Positions 14,490 through 32,817 of a stretch of DNA of 64,000 nt are shown piece by piece (the stretch's first letter is position 1; the number at the start of each line of letters is the position of its first letter). A program made the position numbers and the translations under genes. Source of the DNA: Octopus vulgaris (lineage: Eukaryota). The DNA lies in NCBI GenBank assembly GCA_951406725.2, contig OX597832.1, forward strand, positions 59,520,001 through 59,584,000, given 5' to 3'. The notes beneath the pieces were generated by a model. It was given only the letters and a program-made list of their open reading frames with translations, was not told where the DNA came from and ran no database searches.

Positions 14490-14888
14490 TTTTCTTTTAC
14501 TTGTTTCAGTCATTTGGCTGCGGCCATTATGGAGCACCGTCTTAATGTCATTTTTTGTCGAATAATTCGCCCCGCCGAAGGACTTATTTTTTCGTCACTT
14601 TGCCGAACCTCTAAGTTAACGGGAGGTAAATACACCAACACCGGTTATCAAGCGATGATGATGGGACAAACGCAAAGACACACACACAAACATATACATC
14701 CCTACAGACACACACACACACATATATATATATATGACGGGCTTCTTTTAGTTTCCATCAACCAAATCCACTTATAAGGCTTTGGTCAGTCTGAGGCTAT
14801 AGCTGAAGACACTTTCCCAAGGTGCCATGTAGTGAAACTGAACCCGGAACCATGTGGTTGGGAAACAATCTTCATACCACACAACCCC
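14490..14888 (-). mobile_element. SINE family B
   Basis: Reverse-complement match to 49821-50241, including the internal (CA)n(TA)n. Confidence 0.8.
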
Positions 14889-15715
14889 ACTTGTAGCTCC
14901 AGGGCAAACCTGATCAAGCAATGAATCTAAACGTCCCATGTACGATCGTTCGGTCTTCTGGTGTTGAAAAAGGAGAGAAATCTTGTTTTTCAGTATGTTA
15001 TATGTCCCCTTCTTTCCCATTTACAATTTTTAATACGGTGTGGTGTCATTGCAGATTTAGTTATCTCTAGCATCTGCATTTACCTTGTAGGTGCTTCCAG
15101 CTGATGATGAACTTATTTCTATGTTTTCTGAGTTGGTAAAACATGTATCACTTGTGCACCGCGGTTGATGTAATTGTGCATCATCTCACACCAACATTGC
15201 TGGCCTTGAGCAAAAATCTGAAAGTGCTGCGAAGAAGATCGGTCAACATTGTTGGTGGTGTGGTTTGTTGGTGTGTGTTCTATTGTTGACCATCGTTGTG
15301 TAGTCTGGCTGGCTGCGGGAATAATGAATAAGGCAACTCACGAACTTTTGACTTTTAAGGTATTTATTGTTGGACATCATTTTCTGCGTTGACTGTTTAT
15401 AAAAGGAAGAGGCTGATAACACGACCACCAACAAGGAGGAGAGCGCTGTGCTGTGTCTTGTACAATATTAGCAGTGGCACATCATGTGTGAGTGTCCGAA
15501 GTCGTTTTTCACTCGATGTGGTCTGCCCGACTGCTCAAGATAATCTTTTTTAGAAGTCTGCCTTATGCGATTGCGTAAAACTGTGGCGGCCTACTCGTGA
15601 TCCCTAATTGAATGTCGTGCGGTTGGGGTTCGAATCCCTACAAACCAAATATTATTGTTATGATTACTACTACTACTACTATTACTACTACTACTACTCT
15701 TATCATTATTATCGC

Positions 15716-15925
15716 GACGAGCTGGCAGATTCGTTAGCACACCGGACAAAATTCTTTGCGGTATTTCGCCCGTCGCTACGTTCTGAGTTCAAATTCCGCC
15801 GAGGTCAACTTTACCTTTCATTATTTCAGGGTCAATAAATTAAGTACCAGTCAAGTACAGCGGTTCATGTTGTCAATTATCGACCTCCCCACAAATTCCA
15901 GGCCTTGTGCCTATAGTAGAAAGGA
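15716..15925 (+). mobile_element. SINE family A
   Basis: gagctggcagattcgttagca..gttctgagttcaaattccgccgaggtcaacttt..taaattaagtaccag matches the 57421 copy. Confidence 0.8.
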
Positions 15926-15934
15926 TTATATCAT

Positions 15935-21340
<5,406 letters not shown>

Positions 21341-21859
21341 GCCATCAATATTTCATATTCTTACCGACTATTTCCAGCTGTGACTAAAGAAGAAGCAGAT
21401 AAGAGATCGCTTACGAAGCACAAAAAAACGAAAAAAAAAAACAAGAAAAGAGAAAAATAGCTTTATCCATTTTCTTGTAAATGCAAACATATATCCTGGT
21501 GCTATAAATTGCAGAAAAGATAAACATAATCCTCTTCTACCTCAGGGTGGAATCATCTTTGGATTCTTTGCACACTTGTTCTCAACACTTTATTTATCCA
21601 GCCGTTTTGAACAATTACCATAATTTAGAAATTTTCCCATCAAGTGTGCTTTGAATTCTGTCGTCAAATGTACTAAAGATCGAATATTCGAAATTCTATA
21701 AATATAGGGTTTAATTTTTTACATAATCTTCCTTAATTCCTCCCTTCCTTCATTCCTTCCTTCCTTCCTTTGTGTCAGGCCTTGTGTACCAACGGTTGTA
21801 TTATCCAATGTCTCCTCTCACCTTGTTTAAAACATTGCTCTATAGTTAAACACTTCTAT

Positions 21860-22009
21860 TTTTAAGAGATGAGGAATTATGTACCTTATTTACATTTGAC
21901 GGATATTTGTGCCCATCTTGTTTGTTGTAAACACACTGGGCATATGGCGTAGTGGTTAAGAGCGCGGGCTACTAACCCCCAAGATTCCGAGTTCGATTCC
22001 AGGCAGTGA

Positions 22010-22073
<64 letters not shown>

Positions 22074-22330
22074 AATAATAATGATAATAATGATAATAAA
22101 TGATGATGATGATGATGATGATAATAATAATAATGATAATAATAATAATGATAATAATGATAATGATAATAATAATAATGATAATAATGATGATAATAAT
22201 GATAATAATAATAATGATGATGATAATAATGATAATAATGATGATGATAATAATGATGATGATAATAATGATAATGATGATGATGATAATAATGATAATG
22301 ATGATAATAATGATGATAATATTGATAATG

Positions 22331-22363
<33 letters not shown>

Positions 22364-22510
22364 TCAAAAAATATCTTAGGAATGAGCACCCAGGTTCGAA
22401 ATTTCCCCAAGACACCTGGTGAAGGCTGGAGGATATATCAGCCCAAAAATTGTGTTAACAACAAACAAGATGAGGACAAATATCCATCAGATGCAAATAA
22501 TGTAAATAAT
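21860..22510 (+). mobile_element. Composite SINE-like element: inverted tail copy, tRNA-like head, (TAA/TGA)n body, degenerate HHR-bearing tail
   Basis: Head 21938-22011 with A box TGGCGTAGTGG and B box GTTCGATTC. Microsatellite 22012-22361. Tail contains GACAC-CTGGTGA-AGGCTG..CAGCC. 21876-21935 is the reverse complement of 22451-22510. Confidence 0.8.
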
Positions 22511-22944
22511 ATTGCTTTATGACTTGAGGGAAATTTGGTCAATGTTTGGAGTGGATGAACGAACGGTTTTTGACATCGATGCTTAAATGACACGTCTAAA
22601 TAAACAGCGTTTTGCTGTTGTTACCACGACAGAAGGTATTATTATTTGCATGTATAATACAATATTATTTAGGATTTGACAATGGGTTTATATTACAAAT
22701 ACATGCACACGTTGCAAATGGCTTTTCAATTTTTAGTAACATGAATATACTTTTGTGAGGAATAAACATTTGAGAAAATTATATGTCTGCGTTATACGTT
22801 GTAAAAGAAAACGCAACATTACAGACATTAGACGAGTAATAACACAAATCTGGTGTATATTAAAGAGGGACATTCACCTCCTGAATAATTCAAGCGAAAG
22901 CATTTGGTGTCAAATCACATCTGCTACCATTTCCAAGATATTAT

Positions 22945-22960
22945 ATATGTATGTGTATAC

Positions 22961-23037
<77 letters not shown>

Positions 23038-23420
23038 TATACATATATATATATATGTATATATATGTACATATATATATACATGTATATATATGTATAT
23101 ATATGTATATATATATGTATATATGTATGTATATATATATGTATATATATGTATATATATATGTATATATGTATGTATATATGTATGTATATATATGTAT
23201 ATATATGTATATATGTATGTATATATATGTATATATATGTATATATATATATATGCATATATATGTATATATATGTATATATATATGTATATATGTATAT
23301 ATATATATGTATATATGTATATATGTATATATATATGTATATATGTATATACATATGTATATATATATATATATATACATATGTATATATATATATATAT
23401 ATATATACGTACATACATAC
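22945..23420. repeat. (TA)n/(TATG)n compound microsatellite
   Basis: Directly visible. Confidence 0.97.
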
Positions 23421-25032
23421 ATGTATGCATGTATACGAGACAAATGCGAAAAAGTTGAAAATGCGCCCAAAATGATATTTCTGTGAAATTGGAACAAGTT
23501 TAACTATTTCAGGAAAGGGGAAAATAGCTTTATTTTAAATATTTATGTGTGTTTAAATAAAAACATAAAATATATGTTTGCGATGAATAAATGTTTTCGC
23601 GTTATAGTTTAAATGAAAATTTATTGGCGAAAATATTCATGAGGTAAGTTAGACGTGAAAGGAGAGAAGGAAAGAAATGGATCTCGTTACTTCGAGTCTT
23701 TCGTATAGAAAAAAGACTTAGTGTATAAACTTTTGCGCGTGTTGCGGTTAAAAGAGGTTTTACACTAGAAAAAACAAAGTCACATTTAACTGAGCAGCAT
23801 CCGGTTTACACTTATCTTTAACTTCTCAAAGTTTTGGGTAATTTTTCTACATTTAAAGGCGTTTTGATTAATGAACAATTGAGTAAGTCGCAAGGAGTAG
23901 GAAAAAAAACCTAAGAACTTCTTTTTAGTATTTCCAAACTAAAAAATGTGCACAAATATCATATATAAATGAAAGGTTACAGAACATACATGCATGCATA
24001 TATATATATATATATATATATGTTTTTGATTTTCATTATTTCCATGAATTTATCCCTCTTTGTGTCTCTAGCACTAAGCTTCCTTATTTGGGAGCCTTTT
24101 ATTATATTTCTATATGAATAATATTTTGTCTAATAACTAATTCGTCTTTTGTGCTGGGCCACTGGTAATAATAACTTATGTTTTTACCCTTTTTGATTAT
24201 GTTTATATATATATATCTATCTATATATATATACATATGCAGTTTCCATCTGCCAAATCCACTCACAAGGCTTTGGTCGGCCCGAGGCTATAGTAGAAGA
24301 CACTGAACCCGGAACCATGTGGTTGGTAAGCAAGCTACTTACCACACAGCCTCTCCTGCGCCTATATACTACTTATATATATATACACACAAGTAGTATT
24401 TAAACATTGGGTGTAACTCCTTGTAGTGTGCCGATTAAAGCACTTACTCTATCTGTGGCTGGCTGATTTCATCCCCAGTATTGATATACGTACATACATA
24501 CGTACATTCATACGTATATACATACGTATGTATATATGAAACATAATATTCATACATACAATCGCATCAATGTTTACACGTACACAGATGTTCGTAGTTA
24601 CATGGATTCGTACATGAGTGAGTGACTGTTTTCTCAATTGCAATACAAGAAGTCTTCTTTTATCACCAGAAACCGGTTGTTATGTCAGTAAGAAAATTAT
24701 TCAAAAACAGAATAAAATAAAACCAAACCCTACATGCATGCAACCAATTCCAGTCGGTTTGTGTTACATGGTTTGGAATAAATCTTCGCTTCATCCCTTT
24801 GTATTTCATGGAATATTTCCTGTGTGTTTGGATAATTCGTACGAACAAAATAACATGGCGAATAATCAAGAAGGAGAGTGTACAAAAGAAGCCAAAAGAG
24901 ACATTGTACATCACATGATGACAAAGATATACCCTGACACGTCTAAGTATATATAAATATATCTATGTGTATGTGTGCATGTTTGTGTGTGTGTTTATAT
25001 GTGTATGTTTGTGTGTGTGTGTGTAAATGTTC

Positions 25033-25066
<34 letters not shown>

Positions 25067-25519
25067 CTGGGTACTCTTTCAGTTTTCGGGGGTTAACTCC
25101 AGTCATTTCACTGCGACCATGAAGGGGTTTAATCGAACAAATCGACCCAAGAATTTATTTTTTAAAGCGTAGTATGTATTCTATCAGTCATTTATGCGGA
25201 ACCGCTAAATACAACAACACCGGTTGTCAAGTGATGATGGGGGTGGACAAACAGAGACACAAAGACACACACATACACACATGAACACACACATACACAC
25301 AAACACACACACACGCACGCACACGCACAAACACACACATAGGATAAGCTTCTTTCAGTTAACGTCTGCCAAATCTACTTTGGTCTACCCGAGGCTGTAG
25401 CAGAAGATATTTGACCAAGATACCATGCAGTGGAACTGAACCCAAAACCATGTGATTGGAAAACAAGCTTCTTACCACACACGAGTAAAAATATTATATA
25501 CTATATATAAACAAAAATG

Positions 25520-25615
<96 letters not shown>

Positions 25616-25816
25616 GGTTATTCTATTCCACACGTGTAAAAATATATTTAAAAATCAGAAGTTTGAAAAGCATGGGGGATGTTTGCTTACCAACCACATT
25701 GTTCCGGGTTCAGTCCCACTGCGTGCCATCTTCGGCAAGTGTTTTCTGCTACAGCCTCGGGATGGCGAAATCATTGTGACTGGATTTGGTAGACGGAAAC
25801 TGAAAGAAACCCGTTG

Positions 25817-25864
<48 letters not shown>

Positions 25865-25917
25865 TACATACACAGACATACATATATATATAAATGTTTA
25901 GATATATACATATAGAT

Positions 25918-25989
<72 letters not shown>

Positions 25990-26243
25990 ATGTTTGTGTT
26001 ATCATCTTTTATGGTGCTGAATATTAATAGATTTAATTTAATTTCTTCTGCATATATGCAAATATAAATATATTTGGTAAAATTTAACAAACTACACAAA
26101 TAAAAAAAGTACGTCGCTGAAAGAAACCCATAAAAAATAAGCAGGAACAGGAAATACCAAACTACATGTTTTTAGTTTTAAAGGCTCTAAACGGTTTGAT
26201 TGATATGTCTGATATTCAAAACTAGATAGAATGATGTAGAAAA

Positions 26244-26357
26244 GTTTGATCCGGCTCCAAGCTACTTAAAGCTTCGCAGGCTTCTAAGAAAACCCTGGCT
26301 CCTTCAAGCTCTCTAAGAAGCCTGCAAAACTTAAAGTTGCATGGAACCGAATCAAAC
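26244..26357. repeat. Imperfect 46-bp-arm hairpin, MITE-like
   Basis: gtttgatccggctccaagctacttaaagcttcgcaggcttctaaga (26244-26289) pairs imperfectly with tctaagaagcctgcaaaacttaaagttgcatggaaccgaatcaaac (26312-26357). Confidence 0.7.
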
Positions 26358-26422
26358 AGTTTAAATACTACATGTAACATCTGCTAAATGTGTTGAGTGC
26401 CCCTTACATTCGTTTATCCTCT

Positions 26423-26509
<87 letters not shown>

Positions 26510-26530
26510 GTGTGTGTGTATATGTATATA

Positions 26531-26737
26531 CATGACCACGTGTGTACCGTTGGCGATTTTTTTCCTCCGTCTTCCCTTCTTTGGATCTTTCCTTTTCCTA
26601 TGTTTCTAACGAAGAGCTCCGCTCGAAACGTTAAACCCTCCTTCTTTCCTTCTTTCCTGAGCGTCCAATAATACTATACTTGTTCCACGTCCTCACGTTG
26701 CTGTGTTTTCGCTTTGTGTTTTCATGTTTGGATTAAC
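26531..26737 (+). mobile_element. PLE-type 3' tail between microsatellites with a degenerate minimal HHR
   Basis: 26602-26636 reads GUUU-CUAACGA-A-GAGC-UCC-GCUC-GAAA-CG-UU-AAAC. Stems are intact and the core has G5A. Flanked by (TG)n and (TA)n. Confidence 0.65.
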
Positions 26738-27079
26738 TATATATATATATATATATTTGGTATAGTTGAATATATACACACGTCTATCTGACTGTATGTA
26801 TGTATCTGTACATATACGTATACATGTAAGTATGTATGTATTCATCCATGCATATATCTATGTGTCGATGGATGGATGGATGGATGTATACATGTATACC
26901 CTAACTCGCATGCTCTCTATTGGTGGAGCTGTCTTGACTCAAAAAGAAACACCTTCTCTACTTTGACAGCAGCTGGCAGGAATTCTGCGAAAAACTCAAA
27001 CAAGTTTCTATGAAAAAACATACCTAAGTCCATCTATGCATGTACACGTGTGTTTAAGCATCTCTCTGTCTCTCTCTCT

Positions 27080-27128
<49 letters not shown>

Positions 27129-27499
27129 CATATGTGTGTGTGTATGTATATATGTATATACATACATCCATACATATATATATACATCCATACATATATA
27201 TATATATATATATGTGTATGTGTATGTGTATGTGTATGTGTGTTTGTGTGTGTGTGTGTGTGTATACGCACGTGCACGCGTGTAAGTTTCTCGATGCACT
27301 TAAGTTATCGGTTTGTTTATAAAGATAGCTGCGACCTACTCTCCTTATTTTTTTTCCTTCCTTTCTTACGCCATCCCTTTATTTACCATTTTTTTCCTGT
27401 TTCCTTTCCAATTCTAGCTCACCCCCCTCTTTTCCTCTCTTCTCCCCCTTTTTCTGTTTCTCCCGCTCCCGCTTCTGTTTTTCTTCTTTGCCTATGATA

Positions 27500-27559
<60 letters not shown>

Positions 27560-27684
27560 GTTGCCTTCCTTTTATTTTTTCTCCATCTTTGTGTATCAGT
27601 GAAGCGCTATGATAGCCATTAGCTCCAAGTGGTAATAACAAAAGCAACAATAATAATGATAACGGTAATGATGATACAGATAAC

Positions 27685-27731
<47 letters not shown>

Positions 27732-27732
27732 C

Positions 27733-27802
<70 letters not shown>

Positions 27803-28720
27803 TTAATAATAATGATAACAATAATAATAAAAATAATAATGATAACAATAATAATAAAAATAATAATAATGATAATAATAATAATAATGATAACAATAAT
27901 AATAAGAAGAAGAAGAAGATAAACAAGAAGAAAAAGAAGGAGGAGAAGAAGAAGAAGACGAAGAAGAGGAGCAAGAAGAAGAAGACGAAGAAAAAGAAGA
28001 AGAAGAAGAAGAAAGAAGAAGAAGAAGAAGAAGAAGAAGAAGAAGAAGAAGAAGAAAGAGAAAGAGAATGCATAAAATTATAAAATAAAATGGAGGAAGA
28101 AATATGTACTGAAGACAAGATTTGACTGCACTAACGGCAAAAGGCTAAAGGTTGAAGAGGGCCAAGACATTCCTCTGTACGTGTATGTGTAATTGCTTGT
28201 GTATGCGTGTATGTGTATGATAGCATGAGTAACCGTTCATAGGTGTATAGGTACATTGTGTTATGTGGCGGTGTTTGTACAGCGTACGTTCGTGCGTGCG
28301 TGCGTGCGTGCGTGGGGTGTTACTCATTTACCAATATGGAAGCCAACACGAAAACTTGCTTCAACGCCCTCTATTGATTGTAAGTTGTTAATCAGTAGAG
28401 ATTGAGAGGCAGACGAAGGGGGGTCAACTTGGTTGTTTACCAAGTTTTCTATAGACAACATATACACACACACGCACACATGCATACACACACACTCACA
28501 AACATACATATTTATACATGAGCGTCTATGTGTGAGCATATATATACATATATATATATACACTTCTATATTACATATCTATATATATGTAGGTGTATAT
28601 ATATATATATGTAGTTATATATATATATATATATATATACATATATATTACATATATGTATGTGTAGTTATATGTATATATATATATAAATATATATGTA
28701 GTTATTTATATATATATTTA

Positions 28721-28764
<44 letters not shown>

Positions 28765-28867
28765 TATATTACATATATATATATGTGTAGTTATATGTAT
28801 ATATATATATATAAATATATATATGTAGTTATTTATATATATATTTATATATGTATATATATATATG

Positions 28868-28927
<60 letters not shown>

Positions 28928-30163
28928 TGTGTGTTTGCGTGCCTGTTATGCTCCATATTTATCGAGTACCAATAAATACACGATGTTGTCCATTGGCCAT
29001 CGATGTTTCTCCTCTGCACACATACAGGTAAGATGCATGCGTATATGTATCTCTCTCTAAATTATATACATATGTATATGTATATGTGTGTTTATATGTG
29101 TGTGCACGCGCGCGTGAGTTAGTACGCATGTATATGTTTTACTCATATTATTTGTGCCTATGTCCATCGCGTGTGTAGGTTTGCAGCTGATCGTCAGGGA
29201 ATTTCCACGAGTTTCTAACACTCTGTGCATATATCTATACGCGTTTCCAGATCTGTATGTCTGCTTATATACATTGATGTGTCTGTACACGTGTGTATAC
29301 AGGTATGTGCCTGTAAACGTGAATGCATAAATAGCTTGCTTACTAACCACATGGTTCTACGTTCAGTCTCACACTTAGGCAAGTGTCTTCTACTATAGCT
29401 TTGAACCAACCAAAGCCTTGTGAGTGAATTTCTTAGACGGAAACTGAAAGAAGCCTGTCGTATATATATATATATATATATCGTGTGTGTGTGTGTTTAT
29501 ATATATATATATATATGAGTATATATTTATATACATATATACACATATGTATAAAAATATTTATATATAAATGTTTATATATGTTTGTGTGTATGTATAT
29601 ATGTGCTTGTGTTACCGTCTTCTATGGTGTTGAATATTAATAGATTTAACTTCATTTTTTCTGCAAATATGCAAATATAAATGTATTTGGTAAAATACAA
29701 CAAAATAAACAGAAAAATGTTTGACACTGAAATAAACCCCTAAACAATCGAAAACGCTCTATTCTGCACTCATTTTAAAATCTGCTACAAGCAAATGACT
29801 AAGCAGGAACAGGAAATACCAAACTACACTTAATAATAATAACCTGACACGTTATATACGAATCCTGTACTAAAATTTAGTTCTTTAGATAAACAGTATA
29901 GATATATAAACAAATAAACACATAAATGAAGAGTTAAATAAAATGAAACGGAAATATGGTGCCTAGAGTTATAATAAAACTGTTAGTCATGTGATTCTCA
30001 ACCACAAAGCTACCAGTGTTTACTTACGATCCTCTCCATGATCACCAGTGAGCCTAGTACGAAAAGTACGCCATTTTGTTGCACAAGGATTTAAATAATT
30101 TTTACATTTCTTTTCCCGTATGTTTCAGTCTATAGTCAGAGAGATAGCCCGATTTTGTAAATC

Positions 30164-30229
30164 TATTGCGTAGATGTTAAGGGCGCGGGCTACTAATCCC
30201 AAGATTCTTAGTTCGATTCCAGGCAGTGA

Positions 30230-30311
<82 letters not shown>

Positions 30312-30330
30312 TAAAATAATAATAATAATA

Positions 30331-30361
<31 letters not shown>

Positions 30362-30555
30362 CGACGACGACGACGATGGCGATGACGATGACGATGATGA
30401 TGATGATGACGACGACATCGAAAAATAAGGTAGGACTGAAAAAACCCAGGTTCGAAATTTCCCCGAGACACCTGATGAAGACCTGAGATTATATCAGCCG
30501 AAGTGTTGTGTTAACAACAAACAAGATGAAGACAAATATCTGTCAAATGTAAATA
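30164..30555 (+). mobile_element. Second copy of the tRNA-head / microsatellite / HHR-tail element
   Basis: gcgcgggctactaatcccaagatt..gttcgattccaggcagtgacctg(aat)n..caggttcgaaatttcccc.agacacCTGATGAag..cagccGAAg..gtgttaacaacaaacaagatga is colinear with 21938-22510. Confidence 0.8.
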
Positions 30556-30907
30556 GTTTAAAGAATCTATCTATCTGACTGTGTGTTTGTTTGAGTCTCT
30601 GACTGTCTCACTCTGTCTCTTCCCCTCTCTCCCCTATCTCTCTCTTTCTTTCTATCTACATATATGCATAGGTGTATGTAAGCAAGTATATTTGTGTGTA
30701 TATGCATACACATGTAATATATATATAGGTATTAACATATATATATGATTTCAAATTCCGGCAGGTCGACTTTGCCTTTCATCCTTTGAGAGTCGATAAA
30801 TTAACTACTAGTTGCATACTGAGGTCGATCAAATCGACTGCTGCCCTCCTCAGAAATTTCGGGCCATGTGTCTAGAGTAGAAGAGAATATATATATATAT
30901 ATATATA

Positions 30908-31143
30908 CCGGAGTAAACACATAAATGTGAAACAAGGTGGAAAAAAGAGTACTCAAATACCAGTGGTAGAGCAATATGCTTTATTTAAAGCAGCAGAAAA
31001 TTCAACAAAACCTGTTACTCTGAGTTTCACGTTGCCGTTCTGCCGTTCATTGGACAGTTTTTGCTAGCAAAAACTGTCCGATGAACGGCAACGTGAAACT
31101 CAGAGTAACAGGTTTTGTTGAATTTTCTGCTGCTTTAAATAAA

Positions 31144-31144
<1 letters not shown>
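30908..31144. mobile_element. Spacerless palindromic insertion in (TA)n with a minimal HHR; probable PLE pLTR relic
   Basis: Arms 30979-31065 and 31066-31144 are centred on GCTAGC. The left arm has an 8-nt duplication (tgccgttc) and a 70-bp extension (30908-30977). Confidence 0.82.
31074..31111 (+). ncRNA. 38-nt minimal type-I hammerhead motif (U4C variant)
   Basis: CUGU-CCGAUGA-ACG-GCAA-CGU-GAAA-CUCAGAG-UA-ACAG; all three stems pair and stem II is capped by a GNRA tetraloop. Confidence 0.72.
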
Positions 31145-31222
<78 letters not shown>

Positions 31223-31399
31223 ATGTTTTAAATCTCTGAGCGAGATATATAGAGTAACAGTACCAAATAGTAAAGGTTATATGTCAACAGAATGTGTCAG
31301 TCTTATAAAAGATGATGTGACTATTTAGCATCAGGAAGAGATGCGCGCGATTACCTACCGTGCAAATCATGTACAGACACAAACTGTGTGTCGATAGCC

Positions 31400-31870
31400 A
31401 GCTAGAAAAGATGTTTTCGTGTGTCGATGATGTGAAAGGGACGATCTTGAGTACCTATGAGGATGGTGGTATTGAAGAGGTAGGAGGAAATACAGAAGTG
31501 TGGGCCAGAGCAGGAGGACGAGCCAGGCTGCGAGGTGGGAGGTCATGCTGGATTTTGGCTCATTTGAAGAAGGAAAGGTGTAGGTTTGGGAAGATGTGCG
31601 AGGTGGAGGGGTCGGGCTGGACTCGAAGAATAGTGCGTTGGAGTGGTAGGGTGGAGGGGTGGTAGGTGAGTTGAAACGGGAGACGGGCAATGGTTGGGCG
31701 TGTGCGGAACGTGACTTGGCAAAGGCGATGTGGATAGCGATGAGAGGATGTCCACGAAGGATCAAGTGGGGGGGGGGGGGGCATGAGTTGTGAATGAGTC
31801 TCAAAATCATGGTTGTCATTTCAGAAGCCTGCGCAGACGGAGGAATTGGGAATAGGGAGAGGTGAGATTA
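31400..31870 (-). pseudogene. Penelope-like element coding fragment (RT C-terminal/linker region)
   Basis: Minus strand reads PYSQFLRLRRL..NDNHDFETHSQLM..LRGHP with frameshifts. Homologous to about 61370-61830. Confidence 0.8.
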
Positions 31871-32174
31871 GTGTGGGTAGGTGTGATAGAGAGCATGGTG
31901 TGGGTATATATATATCTTCGAAACATATGTCGAAAGTAAAGGAATTTTATTAACATCTTCGTTAAACACCATTTATTTATTTATTCATATATAACACACA
32001 AATTTCTGCACATGAACCCGGAGTTCTACCTTTGGATAGGTCGCTTCAACCGTGTTTCTGACGTGAATTTGCTACCCTGGTATCGGTTCATCGAATTTTC
32101 CATGTTGACGGTAAGCATAGGGTAATTCATTCACCCATCGAAATATATATATATATGTATGTATGTATATATAT

Positions 32175-32244
32175 ATATTACTCTACCACTGGTATTTGAG
32201 TACTCTTTTTTCCACCTTGTTTCACATTTATGTCTTTACTCCGG
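32175..32244 (+). repeat. Inverted copy of the 30908-30977 extension
   Basis: Reverse complement of 30908-30977 with 2 mismatches, flanked by (TA)n. Confidence 0.9.
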
Positions 32245-32326
32245 TATATATATATATATATATATATATAAGCATACATACATATATACATATATGTATT
32301 TATATACACATGTATATATATTTATG

Positions 32327-32383
<57 letters not shown>

Positions 32384-32644
32384 GTGTGTGTGTGTCTTTG
32401 CGTCTGTGTTTTTCACCACTATCACCTGACAAACGATATTGTTATGTTTACGTCGCCGTAATTTAGGGGTGCGCCAAATAGCACCAATAGAATAAGTCTT
32501 GGAGTCAGACCCTTTAAGATTGCGCTCCAGCACGACCGTAATCAAACAATCGAAACATGCAAAAGAAATATATATAGATAGATAGATATTTCGACACACA
32601 CATGTATGCATATATGTGCACATCCAAAACAAGCTGAGATACAT

Positions 32645-32694
<50 letters not shown>

Positions 32695-32746
32695 TGAATC
32701 TTCACCCTAGGTGTAGATTCCTTATGTGTATAATTTTACACTATCG

Positions 32747-32817
<71 letters not shown>

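Noticed and set aside
11271-15110. Isolated CTGAAGA/CTGATGA matches (11271, 15101; also 2408 and 36645)
   Set aside because: None has a downstream stem II, GAAA and paired stem I, so they are chance heptamers.
15020-15600. Possible LTR or exon
   Set aside because: No second LTR, primer-binding site or recognisable protein motif was found.
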